A DNA stretch of 64,000 nucleotides, taken from the NCBI GenBank assembly GCA_965222375.1, contig CBDCTZ010000016.1, positions 2,016,001-2,080,000 on the forward strand. Reading direction: 5' to 3'. This DNA comes from Polyangiaceae bacterium. Lineage in GTDB: Bacteria > Myxococcota_A > Polyangia > Polyangiales > Polyangiaceae. Shown in pieces: positions 1 through 9,581 of this stretch. The translations under genes were made by a program, and so were the position numbers. The notes below the pieces were generated by a model. That model was not told where the DNA came from. It searched no databases and saw only the letters and a program-made list of their open reading frames with translations. Each line of letters opens with the position of its first letter. Position 1 is the stretch's first letter.

Positions 1-1007
1 AACACGTTTCTCGCCTCGGGCTCGGAGCCGGTAACTGTGTAGCCGACGGATGCACCAAGCCCTGCGCTGAAGTTCCCGGAGCCGAAGTTGAGGAGCAAGT
101 CGCCCCCGACGGGGACGAAGTTGCCATCCGGCGTCCAAGTTGGGGCCACGAATGCGCCAACACGTAGTCCGAAACCTGCGCCCTCCGGCTCCGAGAGCGG
201 CGTGAGGTAGTACGGCACGAACCGAAGGCCATGCCCCACGCGCCCAGAGCTTTCGTCATCGGCGATCTTGAACCATGTCGCGTAGCCTGCATCGATTCCG
301 AAATGAGGGGAGTGCACTGGCGGCGGAGGTGGGGGCGGAGACAAGCACGGCATGCACAATGCGGGATTCGCACTGCAATCAGGCGGCAGCAGGCTCTCCA
401 GGTTTATGGTCAGGGTTTCTCCCGGACCGACGTGGATTGCCGACTCGACGCGCTGCCCGTCATCCGTCGTGGCCGCCACGACGTGGCCGCCCGGGTTCAC
501 TTGGATCGGCCCATCGATTTCGTCTTGGACTCTTCCGTCTATTTCGACGGTGGCGTCATCGCGTAGGTTTTCTATGCTGATGAGCGCGATCCGCTTTCGT
601 GCGGAGTCGAGTTTGTCTTTTGCCAGGGCGGCGGCACCTGCGTCGCCGCAGTCGACCACGCGCTGGAGGTGGCCGGTGGCTTCGACGTACTGCTGCAGTG
701 CTAGATGCGAGAGCCCCAGATTGAAGAGAACTCGAGGGTTGCCGCTCAGCTCATAGGCTTTTTTGAACAGACCTATGGCTTGTTCGAAGTCCGCGGCCTT
801 TGCCGCTTCCTGCGCCTGCAAGTAGAGCGAGCGTGCCTCGGAAAGCGCGGCCGCATCTGGCGGGTGCTCTAGTGCACACGCCTCGTCACTTGTCGCGGCT
901 CTCGGCCCGCTTTGGATCCCCACCAGCGCAGCGCCGACGAAGAGCGCTCGTCTTGAGAGGATTACGTCGCGTTCCGGCGGCGCCACACCTGGGAACGTAT
1001 CTTCCAT
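1..1007 (-). CDS. Exported TPR + PEGA-like domain protein (3' end runs off window)
   Basis: Translated by hand from ATG at 1007: MEDTFPG..SRRALFVGAAL..FEQAIGLFKKAYELSGNPRVLFNLGL (TPR)..TVEIDG..VNPGGHVV (PEGA-like). Open to position 1, so absent from the ORF track. Confidence 0.75.
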   Translation of the reverse strand, partial: MEDTFPGVAPPERDVILSRRALFVGAALVGIQSGPRAATSDEACALEHPPDAAALSEARSLYLQAQEAAKAADFEQAIGLFKKAYELSGNPRVLFNLGLSHLALQQYVEATGHLQRVVDCGDAGAAALAKDKLDSARKRIALISIENLRDDATVEIDGRVQDEIDGPIQVNPGGHVVAATTDDGQRVESAIHVGPGETLTINLESLLPPDCSANPALCMPCLSPPPPPPPVHSPHFGIDAGYATWFKIADDESSGRVGHGLRFVPYYLTPLSEPEGAGFGLRVGAFVAPTWTPDGNFVPVGGDLLLNFGSGNFSAGLGASVGYTVTGSEPEARNV

Positions 1008-1100
1008 TTCATGCGGATGCCACGTTGACCTTGGTCCTCGGTGGGCGCGTGACCGGGATTTATCGCTCAGAGTTGACGGCCAAGCCTCCCGTGTCAGACC

Positions 1101-1622
1101 ATGGAACGAGAAATGGCGAAAGCGAACATCAGTCGTAGAGCTTTTGGAGCAGTGGTGGGAGCAAGCGCGGCCACCGCCGCAGCGGTGCCCGCGCGTGGAC
1201 AGGGGAGCGCGCCCGCTGTGGCACAACCCGCTGCCGAGCGAACGTCAGATCCATCTCAGCTCCTCGCGCCGCTGAGCGCCGGAGACAAGTTGGGGGCTTG
1301 GCTGGTGATGAGCGTGGGGGAGCTCCACGGCGGAGCTGTGAGCCTCGTGATGCGAGATGCTTCCGGCGAGGACTTTCAGCTCGATGTGTGTGCGCGGGAC
1401 CCGCAGTCGGATGCGCCCTGTGGTCCAAGTCAGACCCAGCGCTTCTGCGTGTACGTAGCGAATTCTGGCAAGGGTGACGTGCCTACGTCTGAAAGCCACG
1501 GGCTGGCCGCCATGGCGATCGCGGATGTGATCCGCAGCAACGAGGCACGGCTGGATGTGTCAGGGTTCTTGCCTCTGCGGGAGCGGGAACGTCGCGGCCT
1601 GGCGCGTCGTCACTTGCGCTAG
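1101..1622 (+). CDS. Hypothetical protein with twin-arginine-like leader (start may be 1113)
   Basis: ISRRAFGAVVGA Tat-like motif; abuts the downstream radical SAM gene. Confidence 0.65.
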   Translation: MEREMAKANISRRAFGAVVGASAATAAAVPARGQGSAPAVAQPAAERTSDPSQLLAPLSAGDKLGAWLVMSVGELHGGAVSLVMRDASGEDFQLDVCARDPQSDAPCGPSQTQRFCVYVANSGKGDVPTSESHGLAAMAIADVIRSNEARLDVSGFLPLRERERRGLARRHLR

Positions 1623-2408
1623 GTGGCGACTGCCGCGGTCCGAAGGGGAGGGGAGTTGCGAAGAATTGAACTAGGCTTCGGGTGCAACAACGCGTGCTTG
1701 TTTTGCGCGCCAGGCAGCTTGCGCGAGGAGCTGCGCAAGATCGCCGAGGAGGTCGTAGACCGGCAGATTGAAGAGGTTGTCACCGGGGATCGCGTGGCCT
1801 TCGTCGGCGGCGAGCCCACTTTGTTCGACCAGCTGGCCAGCTGGGGCACGCGCGTTCGGGAGCGCGGCGCATGGTCTATTCTGGTTCAGACCAACGCGCG
1901 TCGCCTGGCGGTCAAGGGCTACGCGCATTCCCTAGTCGCTTCCGGTATCGACGTGCTGGATGTTTCGCTGCACGGCTGTAACGAGGCGATGCACGATTAT
2001 CACACGGACGTCGACGGCAGCTTTCGCCAGACGGTTGCCGGCTTGCGCCGAGCGCGAGCCGCAGGCCTCACCTTCGGCATCACCACCGTAGTGACCCGTT
2101 CCAACTACCGTCATCTTTCCGAGATCGTGCACGTAGCTCACATGTTGGGAGCGCGCGCGGTGCACCTGCCCGTCGCTGCCCGCAAGGGCTCTGGGCTCGT
2201 CAACTGGCCCAGGCTGCAAGTGGCCCCGGCATTGCTCGAGCCGCACCTCTCTCGCGCCGTAGCGCGGGCGCATTCCCTGGGACTCGTCGTGGTCCGTGGG
2301 GAAAACCTGGGCAAAGCCGGGTCGCCTCAGCTCTTTGCCGGTATGGGACGGGCCCAACCGTCCTCAGCTGAAGGCCTGGCGCAAAGGCACCTGCCCGTCG
2401 CTCGCTAA
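1623..2408 (+). CDS. Radical SAM protein (HxsC-like)
   Basis: CNNACLFC, GGEPT and QTNA motifs. Confidence 0.85.
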   Translation: MATAAVRRGGELRRIELGFGCNNACLFCAPGSLREELRKIAEEVVDRQIEEVVTGDRVAFVGGEPTLFDQLASWGTRVRERGAWSILVQTNARRLAVKGYAHSLVASGIDVLDVSLHGCNEAMHDYHTDVDGSFRQTVAGLRRARAAGLTFGITTVVTRSNYRHLSEIVHVAHMLGARAVHLPVAARKGSGLVNWPRLQVAPALLEPHLSRAVARAHSLGLVVVRGENLGKAGSPQLFAGMGRAQPSSAEGLAQRHLPVAR

Positions 2409-2488
2409 CCGCCGCGGCGTGCGCCTTAGTCAGATCCAGGGTCTGTGTGGCTCGCCGCGGGGGTGCGGCTCTGTTAAATCAGGAACTC

Positions 2489-2989
2489 ATGGCCATCGAG
2501 AACACCACGAGCGAGGACGGGCTCGTCGTCGAATTGGACGAGAGCCTGTACCCCAAGGACGCCGTGTATGGCGCGGCCTATGTCTTCATCGATCGCTGCT
2601 ATGTCAAACTCGATCGCCCCTCGCCAGGCAGGCTCTCGGTGCGCCTGAAGCCCAAGCCGGGAGTGACTCTTTCTGCGGATGCCTTCGCCGGTGAGCTGGA
2701 GAACGAACTTTTGGCGCAGTCTTGGCGCCGAATGATCGTCGACGAAAATCGAAAGCTGATCGAGCAAGTGACGACCCAAGCACTTTCTGGCGCCGCCGGT
2801 CCTCCAGGCCTGGACGATTTGCTCGCCATGGACCTGGACGAAGACACGGCCTTCGAAGACCCCCTCGGCATCGCGATGAGCTGGGAAGAAAAGTACAAGA
2901 AGAAAGAAGCACCAGCGGACCGTGAATCGGAATCGTCCAAAACCCCATCGGAACCGAATGCGGGCAAGAAGGATCCGGAACAACCTTGA
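2489..2989 (+). CDS. hxsD: His-Xaa-Ser system protein HxsD-like
   Basis: LDESLYPKDAVYGAAYVFIDRCYV...GELENELLAQSWRRMI pattern; AGGAA RBS before ATG 2489; radical SAM neighbours. Confidence 0.7.
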   Translation: MAIENTTSEDGLVVELDESLYPKDAVYGAAYVFIDRCYVKLDRPSPGRLSVRLKPKPGVTLSADAFAGELENELLAQSWRRMIVDENRKLIEQVTTQALSGAAGPPGLDDLLAMDLDEDTAFEDPLGIAMSWEEKYKKKEAPADRESESSKTPSEPNAGKKDPEQP

Positions 2990-3201
2990 TGCAGCTCCGC
3001 TTCAAGAAAGAGCTCTATGCGAGCGAGGCTCTGGATCAGGCGCTCGAGGCCTTCGCGGACCACGCCGAGTTGACCCGGAGTGAAAGCGAGACCGAGTGGC
3101 TCGTAGAGCTGAAGGCAGAAGCAGACGAGGCGCTGGTCGCGAACGAGCTGGAGAATTTCGCTCTCGGTTTGACCATCGAGTCCCGAGGGGGACCGAACTG
3201 A
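2986..3201 (+). CDS. Small HxsD-like protein
   Basis: LRFKKELYASEAL...ANELENFALGLTIE resembles the N-terminal half of the upstream gene; overlaps its stop codon. Confidence 0.65.
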   Translation: MMQLRFKKELYASEALDQALEAFADHAELTRSESETEWLVELKAEADEALVANELENFALGLTIESRGGPN

Positions 3202-3226
3202 TTCCCCTGACGGGAGGGAGGGCGCG

Positions 3227-4147
3227 GTGTTGTCTGAGCCCGTGCTGCGCTCGAATTCCTACCACCTGATCCCCATCCGGGACGTTCCTCGGAGCGCTGG
3301 TGAGCCCTGCCCTCTGGTTCAGGATGAGGCCGCGCGCCAGGTGCACAGCCGCGCCCGGACGCTTTGGCTGGTGCTCAAAGATCGGATGCGCCTGTTCGAG
3401 ACCCCCACGCGAGATTTCGCGGAGGACGAACTAGACGCGATCAAGTACTCCAGTGGTCAGATCTACCTAGATGTATCTCGCAAAGCTTCCGTCGACGATT
3501 TCGCTCGGGATCTGAGGCGACTGGCGCCCGCGCAGGAGTGCCGCCGCTGCTCGGCGTTGGAGCAGTGCGCAGGTGCTTACCAGATCAGTCGAGAGCTGGA
3601 CTTTTCTACGGAGGAGGAGCGGCTGCGTCGTGTCCTGGGTGACCTCCGAGGAATCGTTGTCGATCTGGGCTGCGGTCACGCTCCCTACGCCGACTGGCTT
3701 GCGCCGGCGGCGGAGAGCGGACGGTTGCAGTACTTCGGCGTCGAGCCTGACACCGCGGCGCGCCAGCGTTTGGCCGAGCGGCGACCCTGGGCAGAGTTGT
3801 CCCGCGGCCTAGACCAAGCGCCGTCGAGAGTTGACCACGCGTTGCTGCTGCGCAGCATCAATCACCTGTCCGAACCCAAAGCCGTGGTTGCGGACTTGGT
3901 CGCACGCTTGGCGCTGGGCGGCACCCTGTTGATCGTCGACAATGTGGCATTCGGCGTCGTCCGGACTCGGGAGCAAGCACTGCGCGCGGAAACGTCCCCT
4001 GCGCGGTTCGAACACGTCAACAACGCATCGGCGCAGGACATTCAACGACTATTGACCGATCTTCCCTTGGAGTTGAAAGAGCAACATGCCGTCACACCCG
4101 AAACCAGCAATCAATGGATGCTGAGGTACGAGCGCCGCGCCGGCTAG
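3227..4147 (+). CDS. SAM-dependent methyltransferase with N-terminal Cys cluster
   Basis: VVDLGCGHA motif I; CRRCSALEQCAG resembles the C-terminal Cys motif of the neighbouring rSAMs. Confidence 0.75.
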   Translation: MLSEPVLRSNSYHLIPIRDVPRSAGEPCPLVQDEAARQVHSRARTLWLVLKDRMRLFETPTRDFAEDELDAIKYSSGQIYLDVSRKASVDDFARDLRRLAPAQECRRCSALEQCAGAYQISRELDFSTEEERLRRVLGDLRGIVVDLGCGHAPYADWLAPAAESGRLQYFGVEPDTAARQRLAERRPWAELSRGLDQAPSRVDHALLLRSINHLSEPKAVVADLVARLALGGTLLIVDNVAFGVVRTREQALRAETSPARFEHVNNASAQDIQRLLTDLPLELKEQHAVTPETSNQWMLRYERRAG

Positions 4148-4151
4148 TGGT

Positions 4152-5837
4152 ATGCTCGATTCGCGCATGCGACACGACGTGGTGGTCATTGGCGGCGGTC
4201 CTGCAGGGAGCACCGCCGCGGCGCTCCTGGCCAAAGCCGGGCACGACGTGCTGCTCCTGGAAGCAGACTCTCACCCGCGCCCGCATGTGGGCGAGAGCTT
4301 GCTGCCCGGTATCGCACCGATCCTGCAGGAGATGGGCGCCCTCTCCGCAGTCGAATCCGCAGGCTTCGGCCTGAAGACGGGCACGACCCACTGGCAGTGG
4401 GGTGCGACGCGACAGTGGGATCTCTGGTTCCGTGATTCGGACCAGTTCGACCACGCTTGGTTGGTGGATCGTGGGCGCTTCGACAAGATCCTATTCGACA
4501 CTGCGCGCAGCGCCGGTGCGACTGCTCGCGAGCAAACCCGCGTGCGTGAGCCCATCTTGGCGGACGACCGAGTCGTTGGCGTCAAGCTGCGGAGCCGGGG
4601 AGGCGTGGATGATGAAGTTGCTCGCGCTCGCTTCGTCATCGACGCCAGTGGGCAAGCCGCGCTCTTGTCCCGGAAACCGGGAGTCCGCCAGCACGTGGAC
4701 GGCCTGCGGCATCAGGCATCCTGGGCCCACTATGAAAACGCAGGCCGGCTACCGCCGCCCCGGGAAAACCAAGCGCTTTTCGTTGCGGAGCCCGGCTACT
4801 GGCTCTGGTTGTTCCCCTTTGGTCAGGGGCGAGCATCCGTCGGAATGGTGCGACTGGATGGCGCGGAAAACCTTGCAGCGCGGGATAGCGCATTCGAAAA
4901 AGGAATTCTGAGGAGCAAAGCCTTTCGGGATGTGCTGGGGGCCTCGGCCCGCCGCGCCACGCCGATTCGTCACCAGCGCGACTTCAGTTACCGCATGCGG
5001 GAAGTGTCAGGCCCCGGTTGGCTCTCCGCGGGCGACGCTTCCGGCTTCATCGACCCGGTGCTTTCGACGGGAGTCTTCTTGGCCATGCACGCTGGGCGTC
5101 ACTCTGCCAATCTGGTCAGCGACGTACTGCACGGGCGCCGCTCCGAGGAGGAAGCGCTGCTCAACTACTCGACTCACCATCGAGAGCTCTTCGACGATCT
5201 GCTGCGCATGGTTCGCTTCTACTACCAGCAGAATCTGGACAAGAACGACTACTTCTGGGAATCCAAGCGGATCTTGATGCGACAAGACACCGAGCTGAAG
5301 CCTCAGAAGGCGTTTCTGATTCTGACCAGTGGGTTGGTGCGCAATCTAGCGCTGAGCGACGCTGCGCAGCGCGCTCTCGAACAGCGAAAGTGCGCGATCT
5401 CCGGGGGCGCGGAACTGGAGCGATCGCCGTCGGGCAGCGTGAGGCCGCCGCCGGGCAGCGTGAGACCGCCGCCGGGCAGCGTGAGACCGCCGCCGGAGCA
5501 CCTGGGGTTCCTGTGCGTCCACTTGGAGTACGACGATGGCAGTGCGAGCTTGGCTCAATTGTACCTACTGATCGAACCGACGGACCCTGGTGCGCCCAGC
5601 CTGTTTCGCACCGAGCACTTCGACATCAACTGCCTGGCGCCCCGCTACGACAACGACCCGATTTCCCATCCTGCCCTGGAACCTCATCTTCGCTTCCTGG
5701 AGCGCAGAATCCGTCCTCTCGACACGGAAACAACCGACAGCGTGGTGGCGCTCTGGCGCGAAAAGGGCGGAGAGCTCGAGCGGCTTTTTTTGGAGCTACC
5801 CGCGGAGTTTCGGATCAAGCGAGTCTTTGGCGAGTAG
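4152..5837 (+). CDS. Flavin-dependent halogenase-like FAD oxidoreductase with C-terminal extension
   Basis: VIGGGPAG, HVGESL, WLWLFP (WxWxIP-like), GDASGFIDPVLSTGV. Confidence 0.8.
   Translation: MLDSRMRHDVVVIGGGPAGSTAAALLAKAGHDVLLLEADSHPRPHVGESLLPGIAPILQEMGALSAVESAGFGLKTGTTHWQWGATRQWDLWFRDSDQFDHAWLVDRGRFDKILFDTARSAGATAREQTRVREPILADDRVVGVKLRSRGGVDDEVARARFVIDASGQAALLSRKPGVRQHVDGLRHQASWAHYENAGRLPPPRENQALFVAEPGYWLWLFPFGQGRASVGMVRLDGAENLAARDSAFEKGILRSKAFRDVLGASARRATPIRHQRDFSYRMREVSGPGWLSAGDASGFIDPVLSTGVFLAMHAGRHSANLVSDVLHGRRSEEEALLNYSTHHRELFDDLLRMVRFYYQQNLDKNDYFWESKRILMRQDTELKPQKAFLILTSGLVRNLALSDAAQRALEQRKCAISGGAELERSPSGSVRPPPGSVRPPPGSVRPPPEHLGFLCVHLEYDDGSASLAQLYLLIEPTDPGAPSLFRTEHFDINCLAPRYDNDPISHPALEPHLRFLERRIRPLDTETTDSVVALWREKGGELERLFLELPAEFRIKRVFGE
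5425..5496 (+). repeat. 21-bp in-frame tandem repeat x3 (PPGSVRP)
   Basis: CCGGGCAGCGTGAGACCGCCG-type unit three times in the halogenase linker. Confidence 0.9.
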
Positions 5838-8800
5838 GCGCCGGCGCCGTGCGGCGAGCAAGAGCAAGAGCAGCCCGCCCAGGCCCGGCGGCGATGCGGG
5901 GTTACCACCAGCCGACAGCGAGCAGCCGCCGCGCGCGGAGTACTCTTCGCGAATGGGCTCTTCATCCAGGCTCGAGAGGTAAGCGACCAACTCGCGTTGT
6001 TCGCTCTCGGAGAGGCGCGCCACGTTGCCATGGGCCGTGCCTGCTGCCACAGCCGCATCGAGCACGTCGTCCAGGGTCTCAGCGCTGCCGTCATGCAGGA
6101 ACGGTGCGGTGGTCCACATTCCCTTTAACGTTGGTGTGTCCAAACCCTCGAGGGTTTCTCCTAGCCGCATCCCGCTCTGCGCCCCTTGGGTTCCCACGTT
6201 CTCCAGGTTGGCGGCCGCCGAATTGGTCAAGTCGGCTCCGCTGTGACACCGACCGCAGCCCAAGCTCTCGAAATGCCGATGCCCACCGCGTGCAGCGTCG
6301 GACAAGCGACCGTCTGCGGCTCGATGGGGGCTGTCGTACACCCGGTCCAAGGATGAAACGTACGCTGAGAGCGCATCGAGATCTGTGCTCCGCCCGGCCT
6401 TGGGGGTGCCGAGGGTTTCCGAAGTCAACTCGAAGTCTGCGTCAGTAAGCAGACCGGTGCCGCCAAAGGCATTGCGAATGTCGTTTTCGAAATCGTGCAC
6501 TTCGTCGAAGTTGGCGCTCCAGTGCAGGTAGCCCTGGGACGTTCCCGCCTTGCCCAGCAGGGTGATGGTATTACGCAGCCCTTCGCCGCGGTCCATGAAG
6601 TCCCACACTCGCCCATCCTGCTCTCCGTTCAAGTGACAGCTCGCGCAGGACAGGTACTTGTCTCGACTCATGCGGCGGTCGAAGGAGTCGTAGAAAATCT
6701 GCTTGCCGACAAGCACATCCAGCGCCAGTGGCTCGCTTTCGACGGTGCGGGTTTCGAACAAGCGAGCCGCCTGATTACTGCCGGCCAGAACGATTGCAGA
6801 TACGTCGTAGACGTGAAGACTGCGGGAAATGAAGCTGTGCACGTAGAGGGTCTTGCCGTCCTTTGACAGCCGTACAGCGTCTGGAGCCTTTCCGACTTTC
6901 TCGATGCTCGTGATGTGGCTCGCGTCGTAGCTGTCCAGCACCTCGATCGTGTTGGTGCCTTCGGTTGCAACGAAGGCCAGATCCCCCAACGGTGAAATCG
7001 CCACATCCGAGGGCAGGTTGCGATCGTTCAGGTCTCGTCGCAGCGAGAGGTCTTCGCTGCCGTCGCTCTTCACCTGGGCTACCACAGCGCGCACGGTGCT
7101 CTCGAAGGTCAGGTTGTTTCCATCCTGCCAGAAGCCGCGCCCGGTATTGTCCTTCTTTGCGGGCACGAAGGCTCGTGTCCCGTCCGGGGAGATCGCCGGG
7201 GAGCGCAGGTAGTTCAAGACTCCGCGCCCGCTGGCTTCGGTGTCCGGGCCCAAGTCCATTGCCAACTCGGACGTGCGCTCGACCGCGAAGTCCATGGCGT
7301 TCACCAAGTAGATCTCCGCATGCTCGGCGGGTGAGATGAATCGCGTCACCCAGACCGTCGCGCCATCCGCCGACACGGATAGGCCTCGGGGCTGCGCCCC
7401 GAGCGACAGCTTCCGGCGCAGCGCACCGGTCACTGGATCGAGTTCGGCTAGCTGTCCAGTCGCGTACAGGGTGACGTAGGCCGCACTGCCGTCAGGCGCG
7501 AAAGCGAGCCCCGCCGGCCGCGTGCCCCGACCCAGATTGACGGTTTCCGTGTTGCCACCCGCATCCAAGATGCTCAGGGTTGACGAGCGTTCGCTCACCA
7601 CCCAAGTTCTTCCGTCGGCGCCAAGGGCAACCGCGCGCGGCTCTGCGCCCACTGGGAACTCCCGGTCCAAGGTGCCGGTCGAGAGGTCCACTCGGCTGAC
7701 GCTGCTCGAATCTGGATTGGCGACCCAAGCAACCTGTTTGGCCTCATCGACGAACAGCCCGCTGCTCTTGGTTGGAAGGCTGGAGGTCAACGGACGGTGT
7801 GCCGTGAAGGGCGCGGCACACGCAGTCAGCAAGCTGCCGTCCTTTTCGATGCGAACCACGACCGTGTAGTGGCCAGGACTGTCGAAAGCATGGGTCGCTT
7901 GCTTGCCGGCTTGTGGCGCGCTGCCGTCTCCGAACACCCAGGAGAAACTCAAGTCGCCGCCGGCAGGGGTGCTCACGTCGAAGTTGACCGCCGCGCCCAC
8001 TTCGCTAGCCCCCAAGCTATCCACTTCGCACAACGGATTGTCGATGGCGTTGCCCGTGGAAAACTGTGACAGAAAGGTCTCGGCGAGGGGGTTGCCGGCG
8101 GCGTCGCGGGCGCCGCCCTTCTCCAGTCGGACCTCGTAGGATTGATTGGGCTTCCAAGGAGATGTTGGTGCGAAGCTGAGGAAGTTGGACTGATAGCTCA
8201 TGATGCCATCTACCGGCGCCCCACCGACCTCGCGCACCACGAAGTTCTGCTCGGTTATCGAGCTGAAGTCGAGTTGATCGGTGAAAGACAGTCCGACTCG
8301 TGACGTCACTGCGACACCCAATGAACCCGCGGGAGGCTCCGCACGGTTGACGACTGGCGGCGTAGTGTCCGGTTTGGCTTGGTGGGGTGTGATGTGGGTG
8401 CCCTTGCCGTGGTCGTCGCTAATGAACACCAGGTTGCCAAACACGTTCGCGAAGTCCTCGTCACGACCGCTCAGTTCGCTCGACGCGGAACCGACGATCG
8501 GGAACATGGGCTTCTGTTTCAAGTCGACTTTGAAGTAGCGCTTTGACCCGCCAATGTGCGCAAAGCCATCTTGAACGGTGATGTAGGCTCCGCGACCGTT
8601 GAACTGCTCGCTTCGCCCCGCATCCGGGATCTGCCCTGGCTTGGACACGTCGACCGCGACGACGCGTCCAGCAGTGCCGGCTCCAAGTAGCAGGTCCCCG
8701 TTCCAAATTCCGGCGTAGACTTTGTCGACATCGTCCTTGCGAGCGACCAACAATTGGGGTCGCACCGGATCGGTGATGTCGACCATGGCAAAACCCTGTT

Positions 8801-9497
8801 GGTCCATCGCTGTGATGGCCAGCTGGTTGCCCAATGCGAATACCGGCCCCGTCTTGAAGGCACCGAGGCGGCCAATGGGCACCGGGTTGTCGCTGCCCGC
8901 GGGCACTTCCGACAGTTTGGCTTTGGCGGGGTTGGCGGCATCCACGATGTACAGACCATTGCCCGATCCACCCACGTAGACATGGGTGCCTTGCCAAAAA
9001 GTCCACCAGGCTCCGGTGCCGTAGTCGCTGTCCGTGATGCCGGGCAGCTTCAAATACTTCACGAGTTTGGGTTGTGTGACGTCGGTCCAATCCCAGAACT
9101 GCACGCCAAAGGATGCCTGCAGCACGATGTAGTCCCGCCCGCCGATGCGGCTGACACCGAAACCGTGCGCTTCTCGGATGTCTTCGGTTTCCGCATCATC
9201 CTTGGCGAATACCAGCTTGGGGTTGCGCGGGTCGGATACATCGTAGAACGCAAAACCGCCGTCACCCTCTCCCGAGTCCTTGGAGAAGATCACAGCGAGA
9301 TAGCCGTTGTGCATCACCAAGGTGCCGTGGGCGCGTGGTGCGCCGAGAGCACCATCGATGCGGCCGATGATCTGAAAGACTTCGGCCGCGGGGTAACTCT
9401 GGTTTGCCAGACCGGGGCCGGCCGCGTGGAGCCCGGAACTGACCAGAGCGCCACCCAGCGCACCTGCCAGGCTGAGGCTGAGAGCTGCACGTCGCAT
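5796..9497 (-). CDS. Surface protein: LVIVD repeats, Ig-like (Big_5), PKD, YVTN beta-propeller, di-heme cytochrome c, MYXO-CTERM
   Basis: Signal peptide MRRAALSLS; FSWVFGDG (PKD); CASCH and CGRCH heme motifs; TPTLKGMWTTAPFLHDGS; C-terminal GGCS..LLLLLLAARRRR. Confidence 0.8.
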   Translation of the reverse strand: MRRAALSLSLAGALGGALVSSGLHAAGPGLANQSYPAAEVFQIIGRIDGALGAPRAHGTLVMHNGYLAVIFSKDSGEGDGGFAFYDVSDPRNPKLVFAKDDAETEDIREAHGFGVSRIGGRDYIVLQASFGVQFWDWTDVTQPKLVKYLKLPGITDSDYGTGAWWTFWQGTHVYVGGSGNGLYIVDAANPAKAKLSEVPAGSDNPVPIGRLGAFKTGPVFALGNQLAITAMDQQGFAMVDITDPVRPQLLVARKDDVDKVYAGIWNGDLLLGAGTAGRVVAVDVSKPGQIPDAGRSEQFNGRGAYITVQDGFAHIGGSKRYFKVDLKQKPMFPIVGSASSELSGRDEDFANVFGNLVFISDDHGKGTHITPHQAKPDTTPPVVNRAEPPAGSLGVAVTSRVGLSFTDQLDFSSITEQNFVVREVGGAPVDGIMSYQSNFLSFAPTSPWKPNQSYEVRLEKGGARDAAGNPLAETFLSQFSTGNAIDNPLCEVDSLGASEVGAAVNFDVSTPAGGDLSFSWVFGDGSAPQAGKQATHAFDSPGHYTVVVRIEKDGSLLTACAAPFTAHRPLTSSLPTKSSGLFVDEAKQVAWVANPDSSSVSRVDLSTGTLDREFPVGAEPRAVALGADGRTWVVSERSSTLSILDAGGNTETVNLGRGTRPAGLAFAPDGSAAYVTLYATGQLAELDPVTGALRRKLSLGAQPRGLSVSADGATVWVTRFISPAEHAEIYLVNAMDFAVERTSELAMDLGPDTEASGRGVLNYLRSPAISPDGTRAFVPAKKDNTGRGFWQDGNNLTFESTVRAVVAQVKSDGSEDLSLRRDLNDRNLPSDVAISPLGDLAFVATEGTNTIEVLDSYDASHITSIEKVGKAPDAVRLSKDGKTLYVHSFISRSLHVYDVSAIVLAGSNQAARLFETRTVESEPLALDVLVGKQIFYDSFDRRMSRDKYLSCASCHLNGEQDGRVWDFMDRGEGLRNTITLLGKAGTSQGYLHWSANFDEVHDFENDIRNAFGGTGLLTDADFELTSETLGTPKAGRSTDLDALSAYVSSLDRVYDSPHRAADGRLSDAARGGHRHFESLGCGRCHSGADLTNSAAANLENVGTQGAQSGMRLGETLEGLDTPTLKGMWTTAPFLHDGSAETLDDVLDAAVAAGTAHGNVARLSESEQRELVAYLSSLDEEPIREEYSARGGCSLSAGGNPASPPGLGGLLLLLLAARRRRLLAKDSLDPKLRG

Positions 9498-9581
9498 CGG
9501 CGCGCCGGAAAATAGCACCTCGAACGGTGCAGGCGCCACGCCGGGCTTCTGACGCATCGGGTCAGATAGGAAAAGTGACGC

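Noticed and set aside
5018..6448. Long Arg/Ala-rich overlapping ORFs (also 9973-11220, 14761-15915, 49812-50834)
   Set aside because: Shadow ORFs over better-supported genes, expected in high-GC DNA.
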